Origin: Candidatus Latescibacterota bacterium
Lineage (GTDB): Bacteria; Latescibacterota; UBA2968
DNA length: 64,000 nt
Direction of reading: 5' to 3'
Assembly (NCBI GenBank): GCA_965198115.1
Contig: OZ240241.1
Location: 8,000,001-8,064,000, forward strand
A program made the translations under genes and the position numbers. The notes beneath the pieces were generated by a model. It had not been told where the DNA came from and made no database searches. It saw nothing but the letters and a program-made list of their open reading frames with translations. Positions 63,842-64,000 of this stretch are shown here, in pieces. Position 1 is the first letter of the stretch; every line of letters begins with the position of its first letter.

Positions 63842-64000
63842 GAAGCTCTTTCGTCTCCTGTTTCGACCAGGACCTCCCACAGGTGACGTGCACGACTGCG
63901 CAGGGTGTCCAGATCGGCGTCGTTGTCAATCACGTGATCGGCGTGTTTGACCTTCTCTTCCTCCGGCATCTGGTGACGGGCTCGATCTCGAACCTCTTCT
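63838..64000 (-). CDS. coaE: Dephospho-CoA kinase, 3' end
   Basis: QMPEEEKVKHADHVIDND C-terminal motif; ATGA overlap with gcvPA. Confidence 0.8.
   Translation of the reverse strand, partial: EEVRDRARHQMPEEEKVKHADHVIDNDADLDTLRSRARHLWEVLVETGDERAS

Noticed and set aside
1-64000. tRNA/rRNA genes, prophage, retron/DGR or defence systems
   Set aside because: No cloverleaf, rRNA, phage structural, reverse transcriptase or nuclease signatures recognised.

Overview
GC-rich bacterial window, dense in accessory catabolic genes: four phytanoyl-CoA dioxygenase (PhyH) paralogues, amidohydrolases, GNATs, an enolase-superfamily enzyme and an FG-GAP protein. This mix plus a GWxTD-like remnant suggests Latescibacterota or similar, but that is inference only. 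The region looks like early genome erosion: seven IS copies (4 ISAzo13-family, 2 ISL3, 1 IS256), including a triple-nested stack at 42981-46996, plus many frameshifts, premature stops (two at conserved Trp positions), deletion scars and a template-switch micro-inversion through a Walker A motif. Intact modules include ilvB with a full attenuator, a PPK2, gcvPA/PB, and an iron locus (feoAB, porin, FMN-binding protein, PepSY-TM protein, apbE, two divergent ferritins) with a shared DtxR-like palindromic operator. The best candidates for poorly described biology are the signal-peptide-less 14-repeat FG-GAP + transglutaminase-like + DUF3604 cluster (35055-41435) and the flavinylation-linked iron uptake regulon (47819-55081). 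All family calls come from motif recognition by eye; no searches were run.
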